In this document: positions 37,801 through 49,560 of the stretch, one piece after another | Position numbering within the stretch: position 1 is the first letter of the stretch | Layout of the letters: the number at the start of each line of letters is the position of its first letter | NCBI GenBank assembly: GCA_030704615.1 | Contig: CM060734.1 | Location: 29,388,001 to 29,452,000 of the forward strand | Direction: 5' to 3' | Origin: Takakia lepidozioides | Lineage: Eukaryota; Plantae; Bryophyta | Length of the DNA: 64,000 bases | Notes under the pieces: model-generated | What the model was told of the DNA's origin: nothing | The model's input: only the letters and a program-made list of their open reading frames with translations | Databases searched by the model: none | Made by a program: the position numbers and the translations under genes

Positions 37801-40490
37801 AGGACATTATCAATTCTAATCAGGGACAATATAATTGCACCCTTAGATCCTAACCAGGTGAATTCATATACTCGCTTAAGAATGACTTAGACAAAGAAGT
37901 GAATGTCGTCAACGACAATCAATCTAGATCTAAGATTGCAATCCATATGAAGCCACATTTTTTCCCAAAAAAACAGTAGAGTTTCAAGTATGACATTGCA
38001 CCTGTACACAACTCGCATCATGGCCCACTCTCCTCCAACCTGACTGTCAAAGTCGTTGGACCGTAAAATGTTACCATCTTTGGAGAACTCCCGGAAAAAA
38101 CAGTATCTCCAGGTGAGACCTCTCCACTTCCTTATGTATGCCTCCAATGACATTTGGGGAGGGGAAACAATCGCAATGTTCAGGTCCTTCAAAGTCTGAT
38201 CCAGCACAATGACGGCGCGCTTTTCGAGCTGCAAATAGTATATTTGTCAGAATTGCAAAAAAGATACACATCACATACTTGAAGAGAAGAAACAGCATGT
38301 TCGAATACACACCTGACTCCAAAATGTAGCCTTGTGGAGCCAGTTATCAAACACCAAATCACTGATTCCTTCCACCTTTGTGCCAGGCTGTATGGTGCTC
38401 TTTGGGAACTGATTCAAGTCCTTTACTGTTTGATCTGAGTTCCATATCTCCAGCCACCTTATTTTTGTTTGTGGGTCGACCATCGATATGGCCAGCCGGT
38501 GCAATTTCTCCTGCTGCATCTCCGGATGCACATGCTTGTCATAGTGTGTTTTGATCTGCTGAAGGAACTCAGGACCAAGTCCAGGATCTACTATTCTAAG
38601 CTGCTTTCCGAAGGCTGACATCAATTTGGTTCTTCGCATCTCAAACTCCTTCTTTATTGCAGCTTCCACACCCTTTGATGTCCTTAGTTCCTCTGGTGTA
38701 GTGCGGTAATATTCGGATTTTCCCTTCTCAGCTGCCTCTGCCAGTTCTTGCTGCATTCATTCAAGTAGTGATTAGCTCCGAAGGGACTCTAAACATGTAT
38801 TCGAAAAGTAAACAGATTACAGACTCGGGCTTACCGCATACATGTACTCCAGAAACGTCTCTCGTGTCAAAGAATACCAAGTGCCTGCAGCTCTTCCTGT
38901 TTCGCACTTCTTGATGATATTGGGTGGTAGTACTGTCCGAAAATCATCCAGCTTCATCAGACCAATCCTCTGAATTCGGAATAGTGTGTGAACCAAGCTT
39001 GTTGTCACATGCGATTTCTCTGTCGATCTGCAAAAACATTGGAAACATTGCATTCCTTAACACTGTTTTTTGAGGATTAACAAGACACTACAGAGGGAAT
39101 CAAATCTCCTGGATGACTTACTTGTTCACGTCGTGCATAGCTGTAAGAAGCCTAGCGATGTCGTTTCTTGGATCCAAAACCATTGCCTCCACAGCAACAT
39201 GCTTGTCTTTGTCTTTCGAATGGTGTTTCTGAATGTATCCCATCCATGCCAGCAATCGGTGGTTGCCGTCCCAGACGTAGAACATGTGGTTGCAGAATTG
39301 CTGGGTGTTCTTTCCCATCATGAGGCCCAGCTCGAACTCCTCATTGGCATCTTTCCAGCACTCATCCCAGTTATCACTGATCTCTGGAGAAACTAATGTG
39401 CTTTTCCCATTTATATCCGTCAGTGACACATAAAAAACTTGTGCACCAAGTCTATATCCATGCACAAAATCACTCTCCAATTTTGTTATGTCATGGGAAA
39501 GAGGTGGACGCACAACAGACATTGATATCATCCGGCACAGAGGTATGTCCAGACGCCCTCCAGATACGAGCATGTCCCTTATAACCTCCTGAGAGTTTAC
39601 CTTCTGGAATGACATGAGTTCTTTCACCTTGTCAAGGTAGTGCACTTCGGATTCATCTGCTTCATCTGTATTCTCTGAGCTTTTTGCGGACTCGTCCCCA
39701 TCTCCAGATCCTTTCCCCTCTGATCCTGTAGGCTTCGACCTCACAGTTTTCTGCACGATGCCATTCAGTTCTGACTAAGTGATTTGCAAATAGTGAATGG
39801 CGGTAACGACAATCACTCTGTATCAAGGAAACTCACCATGAATGGTGTGAAAGAATTCAGCACAATCTACACATGCAAAGCCGAGACTGCCGTATTCAAA
39901 ACAAAAGCGAGAGCGATAGCGAACGGCGTTAACGACAATCACAAAAGATAACAACCTGCCGGATCGGTGTTGTGTAATGACATATATGTGCAACTGATTG
40001 GCGGCAACGACAATCATTGTAGTTTAGGGAGAATAGTAAGTGCAGACTCTCTATTCAAACACATAGGTACATAAATCTCATGAGGAGAATCGAATGGCGT
40101 TAACGACGCTCGCGATTCAGTAGTTCCTGCTAAAGAATGGAAGAGGAAGGACTCCTTGAAAGGCAATCAGACAGACTATATGATAAAACTTACTGGCACC
40201 TTCTTAGGTTTTGAAATTTGATCCCCTTCTGCAGCTTTCCTCTTCCCTCTCACATCTGCTGGAGTTTCTGTCTGCGCAAGGGTTTCTTGACCTTCTGCAG
40301 GTTCGGCGTTCCGCGTGCTTCCACCTTCTTCAGTGTCCCTGCGATTCATCTCTGCCTCCACAGGCTGGCGCACTCTTATCGCCGACTGTGTCGCAGCCGC
40401 TGCCTCAGTCTCCGTCTGCTCTTGTGAATCAGTCTCCGCGTTCACCTGCTGCCTTGGCCCTGTGTTCTCCAACAAACGACGCCTCGTCAT
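34854..40490 (-). CDS. ParB/Srx-like domain plus beta-class N6A/N4C DNA methyltransferase-like fusion protein (~1165 aa); predicted exons 40490-40194, 39750-39122, 39027-38835, 38750-38313, 38228-38002, 37056-36405, 36292-35954, 35758-35473, 35377-35188, 35100-34854
   Basis: Nine GT-AG introns join with matching phase (3498 nt, no internal stop seen). ParB-like VVRP...YVWDGNHRLLAW; MTase-like ADIVILDIPDG...FLSDAGTL...PWRGAKEKSPAFMQILLESCS...VVDLSVSTGATYHACKAGGRSLFGMEGD. First and last exons are less certain. Confidence 0.8.
37198..40112. repeat. Dispersed 22-bp palindrome TGAATG(T/G)CGT-CA-ACG(A/C)CATTCA, ~11 intronic copies
   Basis: Copies at ~37198, 37304, 37465, 37573, 37668, 37779, 37900, 39794, 39920, 39995 and 40091, all within predicted introns 5 and 1. 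Confidence 0.9.
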
Positions 40491-41344
40491 TTTCTCTCTT
40501 GCTCTGCGTCTCTCTCTAAGGGAAGTAAAATAAAGAGACTTTCTTCTCTTTCGTATTCTAGAAGGAACCCTCTCCAGCTTGACTACCACTCTCCCTCTAA
40601 GCGCGAAAAGTAGAAAAACGCAGTGACTCCCGATTTCTTGCGGGATTGCCTGTGTTCTTGCGTGTCTCTAGAAGCATCGGATTCCCTCCCGCGTGACCGT
40701 TACACATAGTCGTTTCCTTATTAGTGCACATGCCAGCAATTGGTGTACAGCTGTTCGTATTCAGTTATGGATGTCTGACGTGTGCCGCCCAAAAAAAACG
40801 GCATGTTCTTTATTATAACGGGTTCAATATTTAAAAAGAACAGCGAATCCCAGAAATTGATGCGCAGTCTTAAACAAATAAATATAAATGAACGAGAGTT
40901 TGATGACAAATTTTGGAATATCATACACGGTCATCCTTGTTATCCAAACCCCACATTCGTTTCACATTTGGAACTTTCCAGGTGCGCATGATCATTGGTA
41001 GTAGTATATAGATACATTTACTTAATCTGCAATCCCATTCTCAGATCCTGTGGCATGCTTCCAGGAAGTCGGCTTTGTTATTGGGTTTATTGATGAGGTT
41101 CTGATTAACGGTTTAACAGTTGCCGACACTGCCCCTAGGGATTCTCTGACCACTGGGCCCACAAGAAAAGTAATTAAAATGGACGGCTGCATATCTGGAA
41201 TGAATAACAGAATATGCACAGTCGTTATCTGAGCTTCCTCCGCCATATGCTCTGCTCATTCTTCAACTGTGTTCTGGAGACAGCAGTAAACCGATTTACA
41301 CTAGATCTGTGATAGCAAGGTACAAACATACTCGAGGAAGGAAG

Positions 41345-44300
41345 ATGGCTTCCTCTGAAGCGGAGTTCTTCTCAGACGACAAACCAGTGCCGTTCTCCCA
41401 GGAAGTCCTTGACAATGGATTTGCAATTGTTCTGGAACATGTCTTGGCTACCCGTTTTCAGCTGCAGAATGGCTCCATCTTTTTGGAGAAAGAGGTTTAC
41501 GATCTGAAAGGGAAGTTGGTGAAATATTCTTTCCAAAACCGTGATGAGACGGCTCATATCAGCCAGTGGAGAGTGCGTCCTGGTCGATACAGAGTACTTG
41601 GAGAGCCTCGGCGAAAGTCCCTTGGGTCATATGTGACGCCCGGGACTGCTGCTTCGGTCGTTGAAGACAAGAGGGAGGTGGTGGTGAAAAAAGAACAGAC
41701 TTCCTCCACTCCAATCGTTGAGCTTTCGGATTCTTCCGATGATGACATAAGTGAAATTCCAAATCCAGTCCTTCCTACTGTGGTTGCAGAAGCTGATGAA
41801 GAAGAGATTTGTAGTGTCATTCCAAAATTGCGGGCGATGGGAGGAATGGCTGGATTCAAAAGTGAGTTGCGGGGAATTGATTGGGAATCTTTGAAGCAGG
41901 TGCCTGTGAAGTTCTTGCCGGAGACTTTTGATGGCGATATCCTATTCGAGCTGCCTCCTCCTCCGCGAGTTGGAGGTGTAACAATCATGATGCATGGAAT
42001 GGACAAGAAACACGACGGGCACCCGTGGTGCAGAACAAAAACATCCAATATTCAGAATGATGACAAGCTTGTTTTCAGGAGGACAGTTTGCAATGGACAC
42101 CTTAGGTGTGATAATTTGAATTGCAGACACTTTCTTCAGTCTGGTGTTCATAATCAAAGCGAATGGGAGGGTCTGGCGGAGAATCCATTTCAGCCTGGGA
42201 CTGCCCCTCCACCGGCAAACACTTTCGTCTGCAAATTCTGCAAACTTGTGCCATCCTGCTTGGCGCTCTGCGGAGCAAGAATGTACTATGTTGTCCACCG
42301 TTTGAATACAATGACGAGAGCTTGTGTGCATTTTGGATTCCATAACCATCCTGTCTCGAAGGGGGATTACAGGGAGAGTGTTGAGACAGTATCGAGGTTG
42401 ATCAAACAGGAGTTCGGGAGAAACCCATCCGCAACAACATCTGCAATTGCTCTTGGCGCAAGCAAGTCCTTCTTGGAAAGCCATATTTTGAGTGAAGGAG
42501 ATTCTGTGGGGACTAAACTTGACGGTGCAGCATTGGACCTGGTCATGGATCATTTCTCCACTTTAAGTTCACCTAACATTCGGCATCAGATCAATGCATT
42601 GAGAATGGGCTCTGGGATCAGAGGCTACATAGACAATATTTTGGAATTGAAACGACTGAGCAAGTACGATTACATCCAGGACAATGTATTCCCAGGTCAA
42701 GGTGCCATCAAAGTTTTTCTTTTCAAAATGTCGACTGTTGGGGAGGGCAGTGGGGTTAGCCTCGTGAAGCGGATGCAGAAGACTGGGGACTTGCAGAACT
42801 GTTTTCTTATGTTTGATCATGTGAAACGAGTGAAGGATTGGACGACAATGGCTTGTCATGTCTACGATCCAATGTACCAACGAGTTATGACAATTGCAGT
42901 TTGTGACATGCAATCCGAGGATACGGAATCCCAGAAGCTCATGTGGAATTCCCTGATACGTGTCATGGGCTGCCATGGGCTGCCATCTCCAAATTTCGCA
43001 GGTTTCATGGCGGATAGTGCTCAAGCAAATTTCAATGCTATTCGTATTGTCTTCGGATCGGGCGACCCAAAAGTGCCTATGCCAGGAAGAGAGCGTACAT
43101 GTCTATTCCATTGGACACAATCTCTGGAAAAACATACAAAGTCGGACATCAAACCAGAGATGCAGACTCAGCACCGTAAATTGTGCAAAGAGTACAAAGA
43201 TGCTAGAACAATGAAGGAGGCGGACACTTTGTTCCAGACAATTCGTGCCTGGTGGTTCTCTTCTGGAGCTGCATCACTTGAGAGTATGAGAGCATTGGAA
43301 GATTGGCTGGCGTTTTGGCACTTCCGGTATAGACAGTGGGGAGCAGCCATGACAATGGTACGAGGCTTCTATTTCATGCTTTATTCATACATTTGCTTTC
43401 CATATTTTTGACTCATTGCTTTCTTTATGTTGTTTCCTGTGCACTATTCTGAAGTGTGGTTATCCTCTTTGCAGAACATGTCCATTGAGGAAATGGTGGA
43501 CATGCCATCTTGCAATTTGGCAGAAACTGTGCACAATGCATGGTTGCAGCAGTCTGGGAAACGAGGTCGGGATTTGTATGTGGCAACAACAGATGATTTG
43601 ATACGTGCCTTGCAACAACAAACCCGATACCGTGATTTCTTACGAGGTGGGGTTGGTGGCAAGGGTCCGGACAAATGGGAGTTGATGTTGCGTGCTGCAA
43701 ACAGATCTGGGGATCCAATCAAGATAGCACGGGCGGTGAGCATGTATGCCCAGGGAACGCCACTTGTTTCTAGAGTTCCACATCTTGAAGGGGAGGAGAG
43801 ATTCGGCTCTGTAAGAGGAAATTGAACACTCCACCTGGTTCGGATTCAGATTCCCACAGGGCAGACCGTGATAACTTCTCGAAGCCTCGTGTTCCCCTGC
43901 ATGACAGCTCCATGTCCGGAACCTCCATTGTGGAGGAACCTCCAACACGACGGCAAGCTCCAGCATCAAACCGTGCCACTGAAATGGTGCAGGAGAGAAA
44001 CAACCCCCTTGATGTGCTTGAGTCCGCATGCCCCGACCACGTTTGGCACATAGAACGCACAAGTGTCGGGTCTCGTGTGAAATGTACAGCGATCAGGGCA
44101 ACTAATTTCGAGAAGTGCACTTCATCTATATCCAGAGGTGGTGCCCGAACTCCTGCTCCGACTTTCACGGGCTTGATGCGTCCATACGGTCAACCAGAAG
44201 CCAAGAACCACAAGTTCTGGTTCTGCGCAGATGATTGTGCCAGATGTGTGCATGGAACTGTGCGTCCTTCCGTAGTGATGAAGCCATCTCCTCCAACCGT

Positions 44301-44858
44301 TTGGCCCGTGAAGGTGGGAACACATCTCAGCTTTCAGGAGATTGAAATGCTGGAGGAGGCAGGTTTTTCCCTTGCGAGACAACCCCAACTCCATGCATGT
44401 GCTACTACTCCTGCGTCCTCCCGGGTCCCCCGGCAAATCCTGACTTGTGGCCAACCAAACGAGATGGAAAGCTCGTTCGGCGTTTCCCTCCAACCGCTGA
44501 ACACTTTGGCAAAGTGGAGTCCGCAAGAATGCTCCAAGCTCGTGTCGGAAGCACCACGGAAGTACCCGATCCAGGATATGGTCGGGTATTCACAATCATC
44601 ACTTCCACATCTGCTGTTCATGACAGGACCTACGACATCACGGTTTCCAATTTCCCCAATTGCACATGTCCTGATTTTGTGAATATGCTATCAACCAGTT
44701 TGGGCAAGAGAGGTAAATTCATACCCTGCAAACATTTGTATTTCATATTTTTGAGGAGGATGGTTTGCGATCCCAAACGTGACAACTTCATTCACCAGGC
44801 CACTATGAGTTTCAACGAGGTCGATACTCTTTTGCAGCGGGATACAACACATGGGTAG
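41345..44858 (+). pseudogene. GCM-MULE-SWIM transposase of element 2; intron 43358-43474; apparent frameshifts near 43810 and 44410
   Basis: GCM-like KHDGHPWC...CNGHLRC...C..CKFC...C.AR...H...HNHP; DDE core MFDHVKR / FMADSAQANFNAI / CLFHW / NLAETVHNAW; SWIM CTCPDF...CKHL. Confidence 0.9.
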
Positions 44859-47800
44859 CATGAACTATGTAATGTGGTATGTGGATGACCATGATTTGAA
44901 ATGTGTAATTCACATCAATTCGTCGGCTGTGCAATGATATGGCCTCCAACTATACGGAGTGAGGTCTGAGTGACAACTTTTAGGTAGTGCACATTTGTCA
45001 TTGCACCGTTCGAAGTCTACATGTCTTGCTGTCGCTATGCACTACAATCATCTTTTGAAGATGATCATAACTCTCATTGTTATTTGAGGAGGGAGGAAGT
45101 CTTCTCGTGGCAGCCTTTATGGCGCACACTTTGTGAGGATATTTTGTCGTCTTCGTAATTGTAAAAGTGAAACAAGCATTTGTAATTGCACAATGTTGGA
45201 TGCTGCAATTGTAGGCCTCAACGCTCGTCTTGATTCTATTTAGGCAAGATTCCCTGCATTAATTCCACGGTCATAGGACCATCCACGGTTATAGGCGGCG
45301 CATGTTAATGCTGACGTGGCAGTTGACGGACAGTGCCACGTCATCATTTACCGCCACATCAGCATGCTGACATGACGCTCACGCCACGTCAGCGTGTGTG
45401 CAGGCTCACGCCACGTCAGCTGGCGTGAGCGTACGCTCGCGCGCTCACGTGCAACGCTCACGCCATTGCGTCGTTGCACCAACATGGTGGCTGCCCTTCT
45501 AGCAGACCCACACAACATGCACCTCAAACTTGCAGGTACCACTGCCAGGTTTGGGTCAATCCTTCCATCGACATTCGAAAGATGACATGGTGCACAATTA
45601 CACCATGGTCCTTCCAAGTTATGCCATCAGACCCTCCAAGATCAAGACGCCTGAGGGCAATACCTCTCGAACCCTCAAAATAGTATGTCCGCAGTCACAT
45701 CCAAGGTCGTAGGCGCAGTCTGTTGCAGATAAACATAGTCACCAGGGTTAAATCTCCGAACCCCAGGACAATAGCCCCCACCACGTATGGTAGCATACCT
45801 CAACGTATCACGATGTTGTGCAATGGCAAGGTTCTCAAAAGCCATGGGCATGACTTCTTGAACAACTCTGCACGCTGATCACATGCACGTGCCCACATGT
45901 CCGATCATCAGTTAAGAACTGTAGCAGCTTCTCTACGAATGGATGTAGGCAAATCCGGCTCTCGGCCAAAGAGAAGAAAATATGGTGAGAAGGAGGCAAG
46001 TGATGCTTGTTTGCTGAACCTGTAGCCCATGGCTAACCAGGTAACTGAAGTCCCAATCTCCTAGGGTCCCTTCTGCAAGCCATACTTGCGCAAACCCCTC
46101 TTTACTGTCTGAACAACCCTCTCTGCAAGCCATCGGCCTCAGGATGATCCCGAGAAGTGGTGCGGTGGTCTACCAAGGCCTTGTCACACAACGCCTGAAA
46201 CTCCCCTTAGAACTCTCTCCCTTGGTCCGTGAGTACCTCAGCTGGAGCACCAAATCGGCTAAGTACACAATCCAAGAATGTATATGCAGCTCCCTCACTA
46301 GCTTTATCAGGCAATGGAACCAACTCGATCCACTTGGAAAAGTGCTCCACCATCACCAACACGTACTTGTTGTGGCGCATGGTCAATGGTAATGGCCCTG
46401 CGAAGTCAGACTCCACCTGTAGCCCAATCCCATGATCGGAAGAGGATGCAATTGTGGAGTAGGGCGTTAATGAAGCACCACCCTGTCACACACCATGCAC
46501 CTAGCCACAAATTGTTGCACCTCTGTGTGCATACCACGCCACCAATATGCCCCTACAGTAGACTATGAGTGCGTCGCACCCCAAAATGCCCCAACTCCTC
46601 ATGGGCATGCCGCACTAACCGTGCCCACTGTGTTGAGTGAGGCACAATCCTCACTCAACCATTCTCCCACACTCGGAGCAGGTGTGTCCCCTCCCACTTG
46701 AACCTCTTGGCTCGTTGTAGGATCCGATCCCTCTCATTGGCAGTCACAGTGGCTGTCGTGTCTCCAGTGCGGAGGTAGTCCAACACAGCTGAATCCTCAT
46801 GTATATCTTTGGCGCCACCTTGCTCATTGCTGGCCTCAGGGTCCTCAGACACTTGATCTACAGTCATCCCTGTTACAGGTCCAACCTGGCCTTCCGCTGC
46901 CAAGATACACAGAAATGTAGATGTATGCCATCCGGGCACCATCTCCTCGTCCATCTCACCATGCCACCGAGCTCCAGTGTCATCCTGCTGGCTCGTGCAT
47001 GGATTGCAACTCAACCCATCTGCATTGCGATTGACCAAACCCAGTCGATGCACAACCTGAAAGTCATACTCTTGAAGGATGAGTGCCCACCGTGCAAACT
47101 TCCCCGTAAGCTTGTCTGACTCCATCAACCACTTGAGTGGTTGGTGATCCGTGACAAGGGTGAAGAGATTGCCGTATAGATAGCACCTGAAGTGTGCCAT
47201 GGCCCACACTGCAGCTAAGCATTCTCCCTCATATGAGCTATACTTAGACTTTGCAGCGTTGTTCGAGCGGCTAGCATAAGCCACTACGAACTCTCTTCCC
47301 TCATCATCCACCTGTGTGAGCACTGCTCCAAGCCCCAACATGCTCCAATCTGTATGCAGCTGAAAAGGACGCCCCCTGATAGGTCGTCTCAAGATGGGCG
47401 CCGAGGTCAACCTCGCCTTGAGCTCTTGGAAAGCTTGTTCTTGCTCATCTTCCCACTGCTACTCCTGATCCACCTTGGTCAGCTTGGTTAGAGCCTTTGC
47501 AATGGCACTAAATCCCTTAACAAACCGTCTATAATAGTTTGCTAACCCCATGAAAGCTTGAACTCGGCTCACATCCGTGGGGCATGGAATCTGTGCAATG
47601 GACTCTACCTTAGTCTGCTGTACCCCCAATCCTCTAGGATATATCATGTGACCCAGATACTCAATTTGGTTGTGGAAAAACTTGCACTTCCCCGGATGTA
47701 ACTTCAATCCGTGCGCCCTCAAGCGCTCAAATATCACCTGAAGGTGTCTCTCATGCTCATCTACCGTAGCACTAAAGATGATGATGCCATCTATGTAGCA

Positions 47801-48799
47801 CCGAGCAAATTCCACCCCTGCTAGAATCCTGTCCATGACTCTCTGAAACTCTGCAGAAGCGTTCTTAAGCCCAAATGGTAAGAACCGCCACTGGTATAGG
47901 CAATCCTTCCCGTGCTCATTGATCCCCCAGAATGTCGTTTTCTGCTTATCCGCCTCCTTGATCGGCAACTGGTGATATCCGGATCGTAAATCCAAAGTGA
48001 TAAAGACCTTGGCATGCCCAATGGCATCAAAGATCTCCTCTGGTGTCGGCATGGCATACCTATCGGACTTGGTCTGACGATTTACAGGCCGGTAACATAT
48101 GTCTCTCCGTCCAATTGCCATAGACATCCTTCTTGGCTGGCATCACTGTGGCTGAAGCATACTCTCTCCCAGATAGCTCCACCAAACCAGCCTCCCAAAG
48201 GTCCTGAGTTCTCATCTGAATCAAGGACCTCTCCATGTCACTGTATCTATAGGATCTCCGAAAGATTGGCGTGTCAGTAGCCAATTCAATGCGAATCTCT
48301 TGACCCTTCAGTGCTCCTAAGTCCTTCAAACTAAAGGCAAAGCAGTTCCTGTAAGCCCTCAAGAACCGCCGTATACGTCGTCTCTCTCCTCCGGTGACTA
48401 TGGGTCCAACATCAGGCTCCCAGTTGTCCTCCGTGACTGCAACCTTGAGTCCAACAGGCTTAGAGGTAGAAGACGCGTCCCGTGGTTGCTATGCTGCAAC
48501 CTCTTGAGCAGTGACCACTCCCGCTCTGTCAGTGACAATGTCTCATCCTGCCCCATCATCCTATCCTTGAGGACCTCCTCAACCCGAGAAAAATCCCCAA
48601 CCTCATCCATCGCCGCCGCCTTGGCTGCCAACTCCTTATGAACCTCGAGCACCTCCCACGTGTGCCATGGATGCGGCCTACACCTCGTGGTCCTCACCTG
48701 TTCGCCCCCACTTGTTGCCTGTACCGTCTCAGTAGGCAGAGAGACTATCAAGGGAAGTGTACTCCATACTCTGCGCTGCTTAGCCATAGCTAAGCTGAT

Positions 48800-49560
48800 A
48801 ATCCAGGTCAAGCAATTGAGGTCCATTGCTTGCCCCAACACCTGACGACGTGATGCCTCAGAAAGAGATGGCACCGCCGTGGTACCAGTGGTAAAACCCA
48901 TCGCCCGCTCGCGCTTGTCAGCATTGGGCTCCACTAATTGCTGCAACTGGCTATCCCACAAGAGGCCAGGTCCACCATCCCGGAAAGCATGAGATCCTGG
49001 AAAGCTGAGCAGTGTAGGCAATGCTGCTCGTGGGTGACCCACCTTATTGAACACTGCCAAAGGTGATCGGTCATCGTGTCTCACACGCTGAGACTGCCTC
49101 CCTATGTCCAAAATGCTATCCACCGTCAGGTTTGGTGGCCGCTGCACCCCATCAAATGCACGCTTGAGCAATGTAGGTGGCATCAAGTTGGTCCACCATA
49201 GTCGTGGGCGATGAGCCCGTGACCCCACTGCTGCTGCATCCAGCAACACTGCTGACCCAAGCCAAGACCGCACTTGATGGACACTGGCCATCACCTTGGC
49301 CCGAGAATCACCCATCAATGACACATTCTCCAAGATATATGCTGGAGAGTCTGTCTGCTGAAGCTGTAAATAGCGCAGGACCCTCAACATCTCCCAAAAC
49401 AGGCGTGACCTTGAGTCTTATAACCCATTGCCATACCCAGCTGATGAAAGCCCTTGGCAGGGCCAACCTGCCACTACTAAGTGAATAGGGCCAACCCGCT
49501 CCAAATCATGCGCCCCCAGCAAAGAGATGTCTGCTGGCAAGGCTTGTTGGTATCTGGCAG
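48800..49560 (-). pseudogene. C5-cytosine DNA methyltransferase domain (DNMT3-like) embedded in Gypsy pol
   Basis: Motif IV LVVAGWPCQGLS, motif VI YILENV, motif VIII AHRPRLWWTN, motif X-like RRQVLGQAM; a TAA at ~49418-49420; motif I appears deleted. Confidence 0.9.

Larger units (their letters stand above)
34149..45476. mobile_element. Mutator-like DNA transposon, element 2 (11,328 bp), with two divergent genes
   Basis: Exact 9-bp TSD CACCAACAT at 34140-34148 and 45477-45485; imperfect TIRs (CAGGGATGCCTCGGCGTGAGC versus revcomp CAACGACGCAATGGCGTGAGC) with repeated GCGTGAGC; excision restores the PHD reading frame AATMLV-CDQC. Confidence 0.95.

Noticed and set aside
37198-37921. CRISPR-like repeat-spacer reading of the 22-bp palindromes
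   Set aside because: Spacers of ~75-140 bp are variable and partly similar to each other, and the repeats sit in a spliceosomal intron; treated as binding-site candidates instead.
34854-40490. Bacterial contamination as the source of the ParB-MTase and DNMT sequences
   Set aside because: The gene has nine phase-compatible GT-AG introns and lies in a TSD-flanked eukaryotic transposon nested in a Gypsy element.
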